A stretch of 64,000 bases of DNA from Clostridia bacterium (GCA_017482195.1 JAFUNM010000046.1:1931-65930), one strand, 5' to 3'. Counted from the stretch's first letter, positions 8,194 through 17,289 are shown. Made by a program: numbers and translations. The notes: generated by a model from the letters alone, not told the origin.

Positions 8194-11100
8194 TCAGCGG
8201 TTTTCAACCTTTCTCTTTTTGAAGAACAGGAAGAGTAATCCGCCGGTGATCACAAACAATGCGATCAAAAGCCCCGGATTGCTGCCACCGCCGGTATAGG
8301 GGCTGGTGGGCTCATCCTCATTGGGAGTCGGCGTCGGAACAGGCTCGGGAACCGGCTCGGGAGTGGGTTCGGGAGTGGGTTCTGGAACGATAGGCGGTGT
8401 ATAGAGGTTATTGAACACCACCGTTGCATCTTTGCTGCCGTCCACAACGACTGCCGCATTCAGCACCCCGTTTGCATCGGTCACCTTAACCACCAGATCA
8501 TAGGTCTTAGTGTCATAGGTGATGGTGCTATCGGTGCCTGCCATTTCTTTCACGCGGTAGTGATACTCGCCCACCTGATCATAGACACGCTCGGAGAACA
8601 CAAAGGTATTGCCCACATTGGTCTTGCTCTCCAGCAAGGTCTCGGTTCCATTCTGATCCACAGAATAGAGTTCAAAGGTGAACTCCCCGTCCACCAGATC
8701 TCTTCCGGTCAGGTTCTTGGTACCGGAGATCGCCAGTTTAGCATCGTCGGGATCATAAGCATTCTTGAAGATGATCTTCGTCTCGGCGCTTCCGTTGACG
8801 GTGACCGAGGGAGTCAACACACCGTTTATATCGGTTACCACGATCTGCACCTGATAAACAGTCTCATCGTAGGTCACCTTTGCTGCGTCGCCCTTCTTCT
8901 CGATGATCTTATACTGATAGTTTTCTGCCTTATCAAAGATCATCTCACTGAAGGTAAAGGCGCTGCCCTTATTGGTAACAGCCTCTTTCAGGGTCTCGGC
9001 TCCGTCTTTCACAGAATAGAGCTCGAAGGTAAATTCCCCGTCTTTCAGGGCTCTGCCGGTCAGCAGTTTATTGCCGGAGAGGGTCACCTTGGCATCATCG
9101 GGATCATAGACATTCTTGAAGCCGACGGTGGTGGTTTCTTCCCCGTTGATGGTGGTTTCGGGGATCAGCACACCGTTTACATCAGTCACTACGATCTCCA
9201 CCTCATAAACGGTCTCATCATAAGCGACCTTTACTGCATCCCCCTTCTTCTCCACGATCTTATACCGATAGGTATCTGCCTGATCAAAGATCAGCTCGCT
9301 GAAAGTGAAAGTGCCGCTTGCATTGGTCTTGAATTCTTTCAGCGTTTCTGCTCCGTCTTTAGCTACGGAATAAAGTTCAAAGGTGAACTCGCCATCGGTC
9401 ATATCTCTTCCGGTGAGGGTCTTGGTACCCGAAAGGGTAACCTTAGCATCGGCGGGATCATAGATATTGGTGACCGTAATAGAGCCGTTCTTCACACCGT
9501 CTGCGGTAACCTCATAAACCAGAACATCTCTGCCGGTATGGTCGGTCACTTCTGTTACTTCCACCGTAACCACATAGGAATTGGTATCATAGGTGATGCC
9601 GTCCTTATGCTTATTGGTCGCGCTCACGCCCTCAGGCAGTTTTTCTTTGATCACAAAGTGGTAGGTGCCTGCCTTGCTGAAGGTCATATAGGTGGTCATG
9701 ACCTGCAGTCCGCTCAGTTCATCGGTGAGCAGCATCTCTTCAAACTTGAAGCTGCCATCGGCGGCGTTGGTTGCCTCCAGAAGAGGCTCACCCACCGCAA
9801 CGATCTCACCGTTTCTCTCCATTGCCTGATACAGTTCAAAGGTGAACTGCCCGTCGGTCAAAGTTTTATTATAAGACTTGGTTCCGCCCAGTTCCACTGC
9901 GACGGGTTCTTCCATCAGTTCATTGATAAAGTTGATCTCATCGCTGCCAACGGTAGAAGAGGCTCCATGCTCATCCACCTTGGTGACCTTCATATCGGTC
10001 TTCAGGCCGCCCTGCAGATCATCGGATACATCCACCTCAATGAAATAGACACTCTCATCATAGTTCATCAGCGGATCGGCATCAGCAGGGATCTGCTCGC
10101 GGATCACAAAGCGGTATGCACCGATGGCGCTGAAGTTCAGCTGTGCGATAGCGGAGGCGTTAAAGGCAAAGGTGCCGGTTCCGTCTTCCCTGGCTTCGGT
10201 GATCTTCGCCCCCTGTTCTACCGTCTTAGTATCAAGATCATACTCGGCGGCATACAGTTCATAAACGAATGCCTTTTCGCCCGTATACTTGGCGATAGCA
10301 TCGCCGATCAGCGTTTTGGTGCCGGTGAGATCCACCGAGGTGGGACTCACATGATAAGAGTTTTCAAAGGCGGGAGTGCCCTCGGGATACTGCACCTGAG
10401 CGTGGAGAGTACCGTCACCCTGATCGGTGACAACAACGGTCACATCATACTCATTCAGATCATAGGTCACACCGAATCTGGTGGGATTGGATGCATCCAC
10501 ACCGTCGGGTCGATGCTCTCTAACCGTATAATAATAAGTACCTACGGTATAGAATGTCAGCGGCTCAAAGGCAAATGCCGCATTGGCATCATCGGTAGGA
10601 ACACCGTTGCCCACGTTCCCGATCACCTGATCGTTTTGCAGCAACTCGAAATAGAAGGCATTTGCCTGCAGCTTACGGATGCCGCCGGTTAGATGCTTTG
10701 TGCCGCCGATCACCACATCGGTCACCGGATCCACCGTATAAAGGTTATCGAATACGATATCGGTCACATAGCCGTCCAGGGCGCTGACCCAGGAGGCGGT
10801 GAGGGTGCCGGTGGTATTATCGCCGGTCACGGTTACGGTCACGGTATATTTTCTGGTATCATAGGTGGTACCCAGATGCTTATTGTTTGCATCAATACCG
10901 GCGGGGAGTTTCTCCCGCACCACATACTGATAGGTTCCCGCCTGTTCAAAGGTCAGCGCGGTAAACTCCACTGCCGCGGTGGGATCATCGGCATTGGCGG
11001 GAGCTTTATTGCCCACCGTCTCTTTCCAGACCTCACCCTGAGGAGTGATCTCATAGAGTTCAAATTCAAAGAGATCCGCGGTCAGCTTCTTGCCGGTCAG

Positions 11101-11949
11101 GTTCTTGGTGGCGGTAATGGCGGGAGCCACTGCCGCTTCGGGGGTAAAGGTATTCTCAAAGGTGATCACACCGTCGGGGATCTCCGCTACCGTTACGGTA
11201 CCGGCGGAGCCGGTATAGGTATTGATGAAAGTAGCGGTTCCGTTTTCCAGCTTATAGACGGTAACGGTAATGGTATAGTTCCCGCTCTCGGTACCTACAT
11301 CTACTTTAATGCCATAGGCTTCCTCGCTGTAATCAATGCGGGAATCGGCAGACGCGGGAACCTTCTCCTCCAGTACATAATACTTGGTGCCCACCTGGGT
11401 TGCATCATTGAAGAGCAACGCAATATCGGTAGTACCGGCAGTGCTGGTGGCGGGAGCGTTTCCTGCCTCCTCACCCTTGGTCCATTGCCCATCGGCATGA
11501 TAGAGGGTAAATTCGAAGCCGGAGGGCGGAATCAAAGCGCCCTTATTTCCGGTCACGGTCTTCTTGATATTGATGACCGCTTCGGCTGCACCGTTTACCT
11601 CATAGCGGTTCTCAAAAGAGGCGTTTACCGTCCACTCGGTAACATCGCCGACGGTGGCGGTTGCCACCGTGGCATCGGTGCCCGCCGCCACATTGCTGAT
11701 ATAAAGCTGACCCTGCTCATTGTCGCTGACGATGACATCAAAGTAAGCGGGGGTGGCATCGTAGACATAACCGTTTGCCACATAGGAGTCATTCACGATC
11801 TCCACCACGCGGTAGGAGTAGGCGCCCGCCTCGGTAAAGATCTCATTCTGCAACGCGCTTACATCAAAAGCGAAGGTCTTCTGCCCCAACTCATTGGTAT
11901 AGGTAACGGCAGCGTTAGCAACGCCAAGATCCACATAGGTATTGGTGGT
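8194..11949 (-). CDS. giant surface adhesin, C-terminal fragment: pilin-isopeptide (Spy0128/FctA-type) domain repeats, Pro-rich stalk and sortase sorting signal
   Basis: About 11 repeats follow the pattern K.L.G....F.F.LY....Y.Y.(I/V).E....YD...Y.V.V.V.D....F.N.Y. The C-terminus is PEPTPEPTPEPVPEPVPTPTP, then SPYTG, a hydrophobic helix and KKRKVENR. The frame is open upstream to 11949. Confidence 0.85.
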   Translation of the reverse strand, partial: TTNTYVDLGVANAAVTYTNELGQKTFAFDVSALQNEIFTEAGAYSYRVVEIVNDSYVANGYVYDATPAYFDVIVSDNEQGQLYISNVAAGTDATVATATVGDVTEWTVNASFENRYEVNGAAEAVINIKKTVTGNKGALIPPSGFEFTLYHADGQWTKGEEAGNAPATSTAGTTDIALLFNDATQVGTKYYVLEEKVPASADSRIDYSEEAYGIKVDVGTESGNYTITVTVYKLENGTATFINTYTGSAGTVTVAEIPDGVITFENTFTPEAAVAPAITATKNLTGKKLTADLFEFELYEITPQGEVWKETVGNKAPANADDPTAAVEFTALTFEQAGTYQYVVREKLPAGIDANNKHLGTTYDTRKYTVTVTVTGDNTTGTLTASWVSALDGYVTDIVFDNLYTVDPVTDVVIGGTKHLTGGIRKLQANAFYFELLQNDQVIGNVGNGVPTDDANAAFAFEPLTFYTVGTYYYTVREHRPDGVDASNPTRFGVTYDLNEYDVTVVVTDQGDGTLHAQVQYPEGTPAFENSYHVSPTSVDLTGTKTLIGDAIAKYTGEKAFVYELYAAEYDLDTKTVEQGAKITEAREDGTGTFAFNASAIAQLNFSAIGAYRFVIREQIPADADPLMNYDESVYFIEVDVSDDLQGGLKTDMKVTKVDEHGASSTVGSDEINFINELMEEPVAVELGGTKSYNKTLTDGQFTFELYQAMERNGEIVAVGEPLLEATNAADGSFKFEEMLLTDELSGLQVMTTYMTFSKAGTYHFVIKEKLPEGVSATNKHKDGITYDTNSYVVTVEVTEVTDHTGRDVLVYEVTADGVKNGSITVTNIYDPADAKVTLSGTKTLTGRDMTDGEFTFELYSVAKDGAETLKEFKTNASGTFTFSELIFDQADTYRYKIVEKKGDAVKVAYDETVYEVEIVVTDVNGVLIPETTINGEETTTVGFKNVYDPDDAKVTLSGNKLLTGRALKDGEFTFELYSVKDGAETLKEAVTNKGSAFTFSEMIFDKAENYQYKIIEKKGDAAKVTYDETVYQVQIVVTDINGVLTPSVTVNGSAETKIIFKNAYDPDDAKLAISGTKNLTGRDLVDGEFTFELYSVDQNGTETLLESKTNVGNTFVFSERVYDQVGEYHYRVKEMAGTDSTITYDTKTYDLVVKVTDANGVLNAAVVVDGSKDATVVFNNLYTPPIVPEPTPEPTPEPVPEPVPTPTPNEDEPTSPYTGGGSNPGLLIALFVITGGLLFLFFKKRKVENR
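8401..9459 (-). repeat. three tandem 117-118-aa coding repeats (8401-8754, 8755-9105, 9106-9459)
   Basis: Each unit starts DP(A/D)DAK(V/L).(L/I)SG.K.LTGR and ends F(K/N)N.Y. These units are much more alike than the upstream domain copies. Confidence 0.9.
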
Positions 11950-14900
11950 TTATCCAGCTTTTGCAGTTTAAATTCGAAAGTACGGGCCGTGCTGTCTGCG
12001 GCGGTGCCCACCAAATTCTTGATGCCTTGGATCTTCACATTGGTAGGAGGTACGGTATCCTTGGCGTCATAGGTATTGGTAAAGCGAATGTAACGGGTCT
12101 CCCCGATTGCCGCGGTGGCATAGCCGGTTTGGGCGTTGGCGGTAAAGCCTACGGCGGTATAGTCCGCTTCGGTTGCCGTTACCGTCACGCCTGCAGGCAA
12201 ATCGGCAATATGCAGCACCTGCCCATGGGTCAGGGTAACGGTATTATTCTGACCTGCCAGCAGGGTATAGATCTGCCCGTCGGAACGGGTGGCGGTGATA
12301 TTCTCGGTGCCGGTATGGGTCACGGTGAATTCAAATTCCTTGGTCAGATGGCTGTTATGATCACTGACCACCGTCTTGCTGATCACGATATCTCCGTCTT
12401 GCGGCTTGGTGTTCACAAAATCGGCGGAATTGATAACGCCTGAGGTCACCGCAACGGTAGCAGTGATGGCGGCGGTATCGCCGTTGACGCTGTACACTTC
12501 ATAATCGGCGTCGGAAGGAATGACCTCGGCAACCGTAAAAGTCTTGCCGATCATGGCATTGCCGGTCACATAAGCAATCTCGCCGCTCTTGAGGGTGAGG
12601 GTCGCTTTGCCGGCGGTAAAGGCAAGGGCACCGACGCTGCGCTGACCTGCCGCATCCTCTTTGATGAGGACCAGGGTCTCTGCAAAAGCGGCATCGCTTG
12701 CAGTGATCTCAAAGGTATAGTCCAGAGTGCGATCCTCAATGGTAGAATCGGCGGTCTTGGTGATCTTGATGCCCTCATAGGGATCTACCAGCAATTTACC
12801 GTTGTTGCCAAGATAGGAGTCCACATGGTAGACGCCCTTGGTAACATTGACACCGGCGCTGGGATCATGAACGAAGGGACGGTCGGAATCGGGCAGGGTA
12901 TTGGTCCTGTTTTCCGTTTTCTCCATCACATAGTCGCCGTAGTAATGATAGATAGTACCGCGGGTAACGATCCAACTGCCGTCTGCCAGCCGCTCCATAT
13001 CGCCCGCATGCTCCATCACATGCTCGGAGACCTGCTCATAATGCCAGGTTGCAGTTACATTGCTGCCGCTTCCGCTATAAACTAAGAAACGGTGATAGAG
13101 GGGGTTATTCTCATCATAGACCGGGGCGGTGGCACCGGTATAAAGAGTGCCTGCCGTATCGGTATAGATCGGGGTGTCTGCGGTGTAATAATACCGTTCA
13201 TTCTCCAAGGAAGGCTCAAAGAAAGAGATGGTATTCTTATCGGTGCTGTACTGATAATCATAGTACGCATTCTCAGCTTGGTTATACTGCCACTGGTTGG
13301 TATAGAAAACATACTTTCCGTTTTCAGTCTGCAACTCATCCGGAGCCGTATTCTCAATATCCAACAGATCGATGGCATCGTCCAGACCCACCTCATAGAT
13401 CAGGCGGCTGGGGGCAGTGGCACCGGTGATGGTCAAGGTAGCGGGATCCATGGGATCCAGCTCTTTCAGATCAATATCATACTCCACCAGGGGGATCAGC
13501 GAAGCAGGCAGGCGCCCGATGACGCGGGTATCCCCCACCTTGCTGGCATCGATCTTGCCGGCGGCGGTCTCCTTCAGGGTGGTACGCACCTGAATGGTGG
13601 CGTACATCATATCCGTCTTACGGTGCGTGTCGTCATCGCCGATGGCATCATAATAGCCATAGGACTTAATGGCATAGACCGCGGTATCAGCCAATGCGGC
13701 GGGAACAGCGGCGGGGGAATCATCTTTACCGTCCCAGAAACCGATATACTTTCCGTTTCCGTCGGCATACCAGCCGATATAGTTGTTATACTCGCCGGTC
13801 TCGGGGTTGTAGTACAACTGACCGTTGGCATAGGCAAGTCCCAGCAGCTCACGGGCTTCCTGAACCGAATCGATCCCCAGACGCGCCTGCACCGACCACA
13901 CCAGGTTATTACCGACATCGGTAGGCTTCTCAACCGTTCCCATGCCGCCTTCATAGATCATTTTGGCAAGGGTACGGCCGGTATAGAGCTTTTCGCCCAG
14001 CTGGATGCCCTTCACATCCTTGACTTCCATATTTTCGCCGATATAGTCTTCAAACTCCAGGAAACCGTCTTCATTGATGCTGTTGCCGGTCTCCACCTGA
14101 GTGGGATAATAGAGCGACTGGATCACGATCTGCTGCACAATATCCTCAAAGGCTTGGATCAGTCCGGCGGCATTGGAGGCGGGGAAATATTCGGTCACAT
14201 AGTTCTCTGCCCAACCGTCGCTCAATACCGCATCGGTATAGGTGATGGTCTTGGTCTCAGGGTCGACCCATTCCGGCTCGTCATCATCGGGTCCGCCGCC
14301 CGGTCCGCCATAGTTGGGACCGCCGCCCTGCGTCCAATATCCATCGCGAATGGTAACGCTCATGGTCTTATCGGTTTCATCGGCAAGGGCAATATATTCG
14401 TTCCACATGGCATCAGTGGCAGTATTGCTTGAGGGATCCAATACGCTCCGGGCGGCATCGCTGTCATCTACCTTCAGACCCAGAGTATAGAAAAGCGGAT
14501 CGGTTCCGTATTTTTCTTCCATCTTATCGCGGACCCAGGATGCGGTCAGCTGGGTCATAAAGGCGATACCGGGGGTGGCATAAGTAGAAGAACCGTTACC
14601 GCTGTTTGCGGTATCCACCTCGGTATAGCTGGTGGTGGCGGTGGTGGGAGCACCGTCGGAAAGCAGGACCATTACAGGAACCCGCTCCACACCTGCCTGT
14701 ATACCCTCGGCAAGGGTGGTCTCGGCAACGGCCTCAAACTGCTCCCAGGCCTGATACAGACCGTTCTGAATATAGGTGCCGCCCTCAGCGCGCTTGCTGT
14801 TACTCTCGCTGAAGGTGCTTTCAATGTCATCGGCAACCGTGCCGGTCACGCCGGAATTCACCTTCACGCCGGTACGCCAATCACTGCCGCTTCTCCAGGA

Positions 14901-15524
14901 GGAGACCAGATAGGTATTGTTCACACCGGGGGTATAGCGACCCAACGGCAGGATCACCTCGGCGGTGCCGACGGTGGAAGCAGTCCCGGTGCTGTTGCTG
15001 CCGCTATAGGCGATGACACCCACCCGGTTATTGGCATTGAGATTTAAAAGCTTATCCAGAGCCGCATTGGCCGCCTGGACCGTTGCACTTACTGCCTGGT
15101 TGGTCTCCATGCTCGCAGAAAGATCCAGGACCAGAACCGTATCGGTGGGCAGGGTGGAATACCCCTCCACGCTCTTGCTGGAGGCGATGGCGGAGAGCGC
15201 CACTAAAAAGCTTTCCTCCTCCAGCTCTGCCAGATCGGCGAGCGCCTGATCGTTTTCATTCTCATCGGTGGCAGCAGTTAGATCGGCGACCGACGAAAAG
15301 ACCGATTTATCCGTCCAGACCATACCGGCGCTGGTGGTATCAATGGTCTCAGCCTCGGATCCGAAAAACAGTTTCCAATCGTTGACTGTTGCGGGATCGG
15401 TGACTGAGGTGTAATTGAGAGGCACTTCCTCAGACAACGCGGCAAAAGGAACGCTCATCACCAAAATGCACGCTGCCAAAAAGGCTGCCAGGATTCTCTT
15501 CGTTACATTCACTTTCTTTTTCAT
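11859..15524 (-). CDS. giant surface adhesin, N-terminal fragment: signal peptide, VWA domain and pilin-type domains
   Basis: The start MKKKVNVTKRILAAFLAACILVMSVPFAALSEE is a signal peptide (ATG 15524). VWA MIDAS DLSASM ... VLLSDGAPT is present. The last domain (RTFEFKLQKLDK) breaks off into an out-of-frame tail. Confidence 0.85.
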   Translation of the reverse strand: MKKKVNVTKRILAAFLAACILVMSVPFAALSEEVPLNYTSVTDPATVNDWKLFFGSEAETIDTTSAGMVWTDKSVFSSVADLTAATDENENDQALADLAELEEESFLVALSAIASSKSVEGYSTLPTDTVLVLDLSASMETNQAVSATVQAANAALDKLLNLNANNRVGVIAYSGSNSTGTASTVGTAEVILPLGRYTPGVNNTYLVSSWRSGSDWRTGVKVNSGVTGTVADDIESTFSESNSKRAEGGTYIQNGLYQAWEQFEAVAETTLAEGIQAGVERVPVMVLLSDGAPTTATTSYTEVDTANSGNGSSTYATPGIAFMTQLTASWVRDKMEEKYGTDPLFYTLGLKVDDSDAARSVLDPSSNTATDAMWNEYIALADETDKTMSVTIRDGYWTQGGGPNYGGPGGGPDDDEPEWVDPETKTITYTDAVLSDGWAENYVTEYFPASNAAGLIQAFEDIVQQIVIQSLYYPTQVETGNSINEDGFLEFEDYIGENMEVKDVKGIQLGEKLYTGRTLAKMIYEGGMGTVEKPTDVGNNLVWSVQARLGIDSVQEARELLGLAYANGQLYYNPETGEYNNYIGWYADGNGKYIGFWDGKDDSPAAVPAALADTAVYAIKSYGYYDAIGDDDTHRKTDMMYATIQVRTTLKETAAGKIDASKVGDTRVIGRLPASLIPLVEYDIDLKELDPMDPATLTITGATAPSRLIYEVGLDDAIDLLDIENTAPDELQTENGKYVFYTNQWQYNQAENAYYDYQYSTDKNTISFFEPSLENERYYYTADTPIYTDTAGTLYTGATAPVYDENNPLYHRFLVYSGSGSNVTATWHYEQVSEHVMEHAGDMERLADGSWIVTRGTIYHYYGDYVMEKTENRTNTLPDSDRPFVHDPSAGVNVTKGVYHVDSYLGNNGKLLVDPYEGIKITKTADSTIEDRTLDYTFEITASDAAFAETLVLIKEDAAGQRSVGALAFTAGKATLTLKSGEIAYVTGNAMIGKTFTVAEVIPSDADYEVYSVNGDTAAITATVAVTSGVINSADFVNTKPQDGDIVISKTVVSDHNSHLTKEFEFTVTHTGTENITATRSDGQIYTLLAGQNNTVTLTHGQVLHIADLPAGVTVTATEADYTAVGFTANAQTGYATAAIGETRYIRFTNTYDAKDTVPPTNVKIQGIKNLVGTAADSTARTFEFKLQKLDKPPIPMWILALLTLPLPIPMSWGRRPSLLM

Positions 15525-15560
15525 ATTCTTTTCCCTTTCATGGACCGTTAACAAAGGTTC

Positions 15561-15606
15561 TTTGGTACTATACAACAGTATAGTACCAAAAGAGGGATAT
15601 CCCTCT
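15561..15606. promoter_or_regulatory. two adjacent perfect palindromes between tetR and the adhesin start
   Basis: TTTGGTACTATAC-aaca-GTATAGTACCAAA spans 15561-15590. AGAGGGATATCCCTCT spans 15591-15606. On the minus strand the second is followed by TTTT, so it may be the tetR terminator. Confidence 0.5.
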
Positions 15607-15629
15607 GGCGTTTGCTCGATTCAAACCGA

Positions 15630-16355
15630 TCATTCGGTCTGTTTTTCATTGGCGTTCTTTGATCGTTTTTCAATCAGATCATCCAGCGCCTGCTCGTTGA
15701 CTTCTTCCACATATTCTTTAAAATCTTCCAAGATCCTTCGCCCGATGGAGCGGTAGTCCATCGCCAGGATCTTATCCACCTTCATGCTGCGGATTTCTTC
15801 GGGCACATTATAGATCATCATAATACTGTTGAGCGCGCCCGCGACCCGAACATCCAGGGGAGCAACATCCGATGTGGTCATCAGGGTGGCATATTCAATG
15901 CCGGAGACCAACACCTCCGCTTCCGCAAAATTTTGATTGGTCCAGCCGGCGCAGTATTCACCGAACACCGCTTTCGCCTTTTCCTCATCGGAACGGCGGA
16001 TGATATCCAGCGTCATCGGATGGGAGTAGGCTGAAATATAAAAATCTTTTGCGATCTCATTTTCCTCGCAGATGGCTGCGATCGTGGGCAGTTCCAAACA
16101 AAGTGCCAGCAAGGAACTGTTGCCCTCATCGGTCAACTGCTCCATCATCTTCCATTGGAACTCACCAAGCATCTCCACCAGCACCGCCAGCATATGCTCC
16201 TTGGTCGGAAAATAAAAGGTAAGATTCCCGGTACTGATATCCAACTCCTCACAAATGGACTTGGCGGTTGTATTGGAAAATCCATTCTCCAGGAACTTTT
16301 TCATCGCCACCTGGATGATCTCGATTTTCGTAGTATTTACCCGTCTTCGTGACAT
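15630..16355 (-). CDS. TetR/AcrR family transcriptional regulator
   Basis: The N-terminal TetR HTH is TKIEIIQVAMKKFLENGFSNTTAKSICEELDISTGNLTFYFPTKEHML. ATG 16355 follows GGAGGG. Confidence 0.85.
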   Translation of the reverse strand: MSRRRVNTTKIEIIQVAMKKFLENGFSNTTAKSICEELDISTGNLTFYFPTKEHMLAVLVEMLGEFQWKMMEQLTDEGNSSLLALCLELPTIAAICEENEIAKDFYISAYSHPMTLDIIRRSDEEKAKAVFGEYCAGWTNQNFAEAEVLVSGIEYATLMTTSDVAPLDVRVAGALNSIMMIYNVPEEIRSMKVDKILAMDYRSIGRRILEDFKEYVEEVNEQALDDLIEKRSKNANEKQTE

Positions 16356-16394
16356 GAATTCCCTCCGATTTTCAATCTTTTTAGGAAACGTCCT

Positions 16395-16440
16395 AATTAG
16401 CATCTATGCTAATTTTAGCACACATCCTAAAATATTGCAA
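16395..16440 (-). promoter_or_regulatory. tetR promoter with overlapping 9-2-9 palindrome (candidate autoregulatory operator)
   Basis: On the minus strand, TTGCAA (16435-16440), a 17-nt spacer and TAAAAT (16412-16417) form the promoter. Palindrome AATTAGCAT-ct-ATGCTAATT is at 16395-16414. Confidence 0.55.
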
Positions 16441-16464
16441 GTGTTTTTTCAAAAAAGGATAAAA

Positions 16465-16490
16465 AAGTTCCCGGATCCTTCCGGGAACTT
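16465..16490. terminator. bidirectional intrinsic terminator downstream of spo0A
   Basis: Hairpin AAGTTCCCGGA-tcct-TCCGGGAACTT has A-rich and T-rich flanks. Confidence 0.75.
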
Positions 16491-16509
16491 TCGTTTTTCT
16501 ACATTCCGC

Positions 16510-17289
16510 TCAGCAAACTAAGCGCCGGTCTAAGCGTACCCGCTCGGTTAACATGGAGATGAATTCTCCGTTGGTCGGCTTGCCTTTGGAGCTTTTGACC
16601 GTAAAGCCGAAGATGGAATTGAGGGTATCGATATCTCCACGGCTCCAAGCGACCTCAATGGCTTGGCGGATGGCGCGCTCTACCCGGGATGCCGTGGTAC
16701 GGTTATTTTTTGCAATGGTGGGATACAGCTCCTTGGTAATGGCTTTGAGCATATTGCGGTTCTCCAGGGAGAGCAGGATGCTGTCCCTTATGTAGTCGTA
16801 GCCACGGATATGGGCGGGAACCCCGACCTCATGCATCAGATCGGCCACATACCGTTCCAACTCAAAGCGGGCGGAATCCGGTTCCTCCTGTCCGGAGCGT
16901 TTTTGATCTAAGATCGCCCGAAAGCGGTCTTTTACAAACTGATAATCCAGCGGTGCCAAAAGGAAAAGATCACCGCCGGCATCCATCACATGCTGTGCCA
17001 GACGGTCATTGGGCACCGAGGATAATACCGCCAAAACGGTGTTTTTCCGATAGCCGATCTCCTTTAAGCACTTGATGATCTCATCGCTGCTTCTGCCGGG
17101 TAGGAAGCTATCCATCAGCACTACATCCGGCTGCAGCTCGGTGATCACCTTTACTGCCTCCGGCCCGCTGCCGCATACACCCAGCACGTCCATTCCCAAC
17201 TCTGTAAACCGATCCCGATTGACGCGGGCTGCCTCTTCATCGGTCTGCAGTAATACCAATGTCATTTTTTCAAAACTCTCTTTCTGCAT
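16510..17289 (-). CDS. spo0A: sporulation master regulator Spo0A (atypical receiver domain)
   Basis: The C-terminal Spo0A signature is present: HEVGVPAHIRGYDYIRDSI ... ITKELYPTIAKNNRTTASRVERAIRQAIEVAWSRGDIDTLNSIFGFTV..SKGKPTNGEFISML. There is an N-terminal receiver-like domain and a GGAGGA RBS. Confidence 0.9.
   Translation of the reverse strand: MQKESFEKMTLVLLQTDEEAARVNRDRFTELGMDVLGVCGSGPEAVKVITELQPDVVLMDSFLPGRSSDEIIKCLKEIGYRKNTVLAVLSSVPNDRLAQHVMDAGGDLFLLAPLDYQFVKDRFRAILDQKRSGQEEPDSARFELERYVADLMHEVGVPAHIRGYDYIRDSILLSLENRNMLKAITKELYPTIAKNNRTTASRVERAIRQAIEVAWSRGDIDTLNSIFGFTVKSSKGKPTNGEFISMLTERVRLDRRLVC

Larger units (their letters stand above)
8194..15524 (-). pseudogene. single adhesin gene of about 2,440 codons, split by a 1-nt frameshift near 11949-11951
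   Basis: One extra A in GAT AAA CCA would give ...FEFKLQKLDKTTNTYVDLGVANAAVTYTNELGQKTFAFDVS..., restoring one intact repeat domain across the junction. This could be a true mutation or an assembly error. Confidence 0.6.

Noticed and set aside
8401-9459. Nucleotide tandem repeats that could be mistaken for a CRISPR or satellite array
   Set aside because: The units are about 351-354 bp, in frame, and encode complete protein domains inside one ORF. There is no short repeat-spacer periodicity anywhere in the window.
11941-11954. Programmed -1 ribosomal frameshifting at the adhesin junction
   Set aside because: The sequence CTG GAT AAA CCA is not an X XXY YYZ slippery heptamer. I saw no obvious downstream pseudoknot or stem. 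Mutation or assembly error is the simpler explanation.
8560-14432. Very long plus-strand ORFs (8560-10692, 10693-12072, 13092-14432; 446-710 aa) opposite the adhesin gene
   Set aside because: These are shadow ORFs. Their translations are low-complexity (G/I/H/L-rich) with no motifs, RBS or signal sequences. The minus strand encodes a signal peptide, a VWA MIDAS motif, regular domain repeats and a sorting signal.
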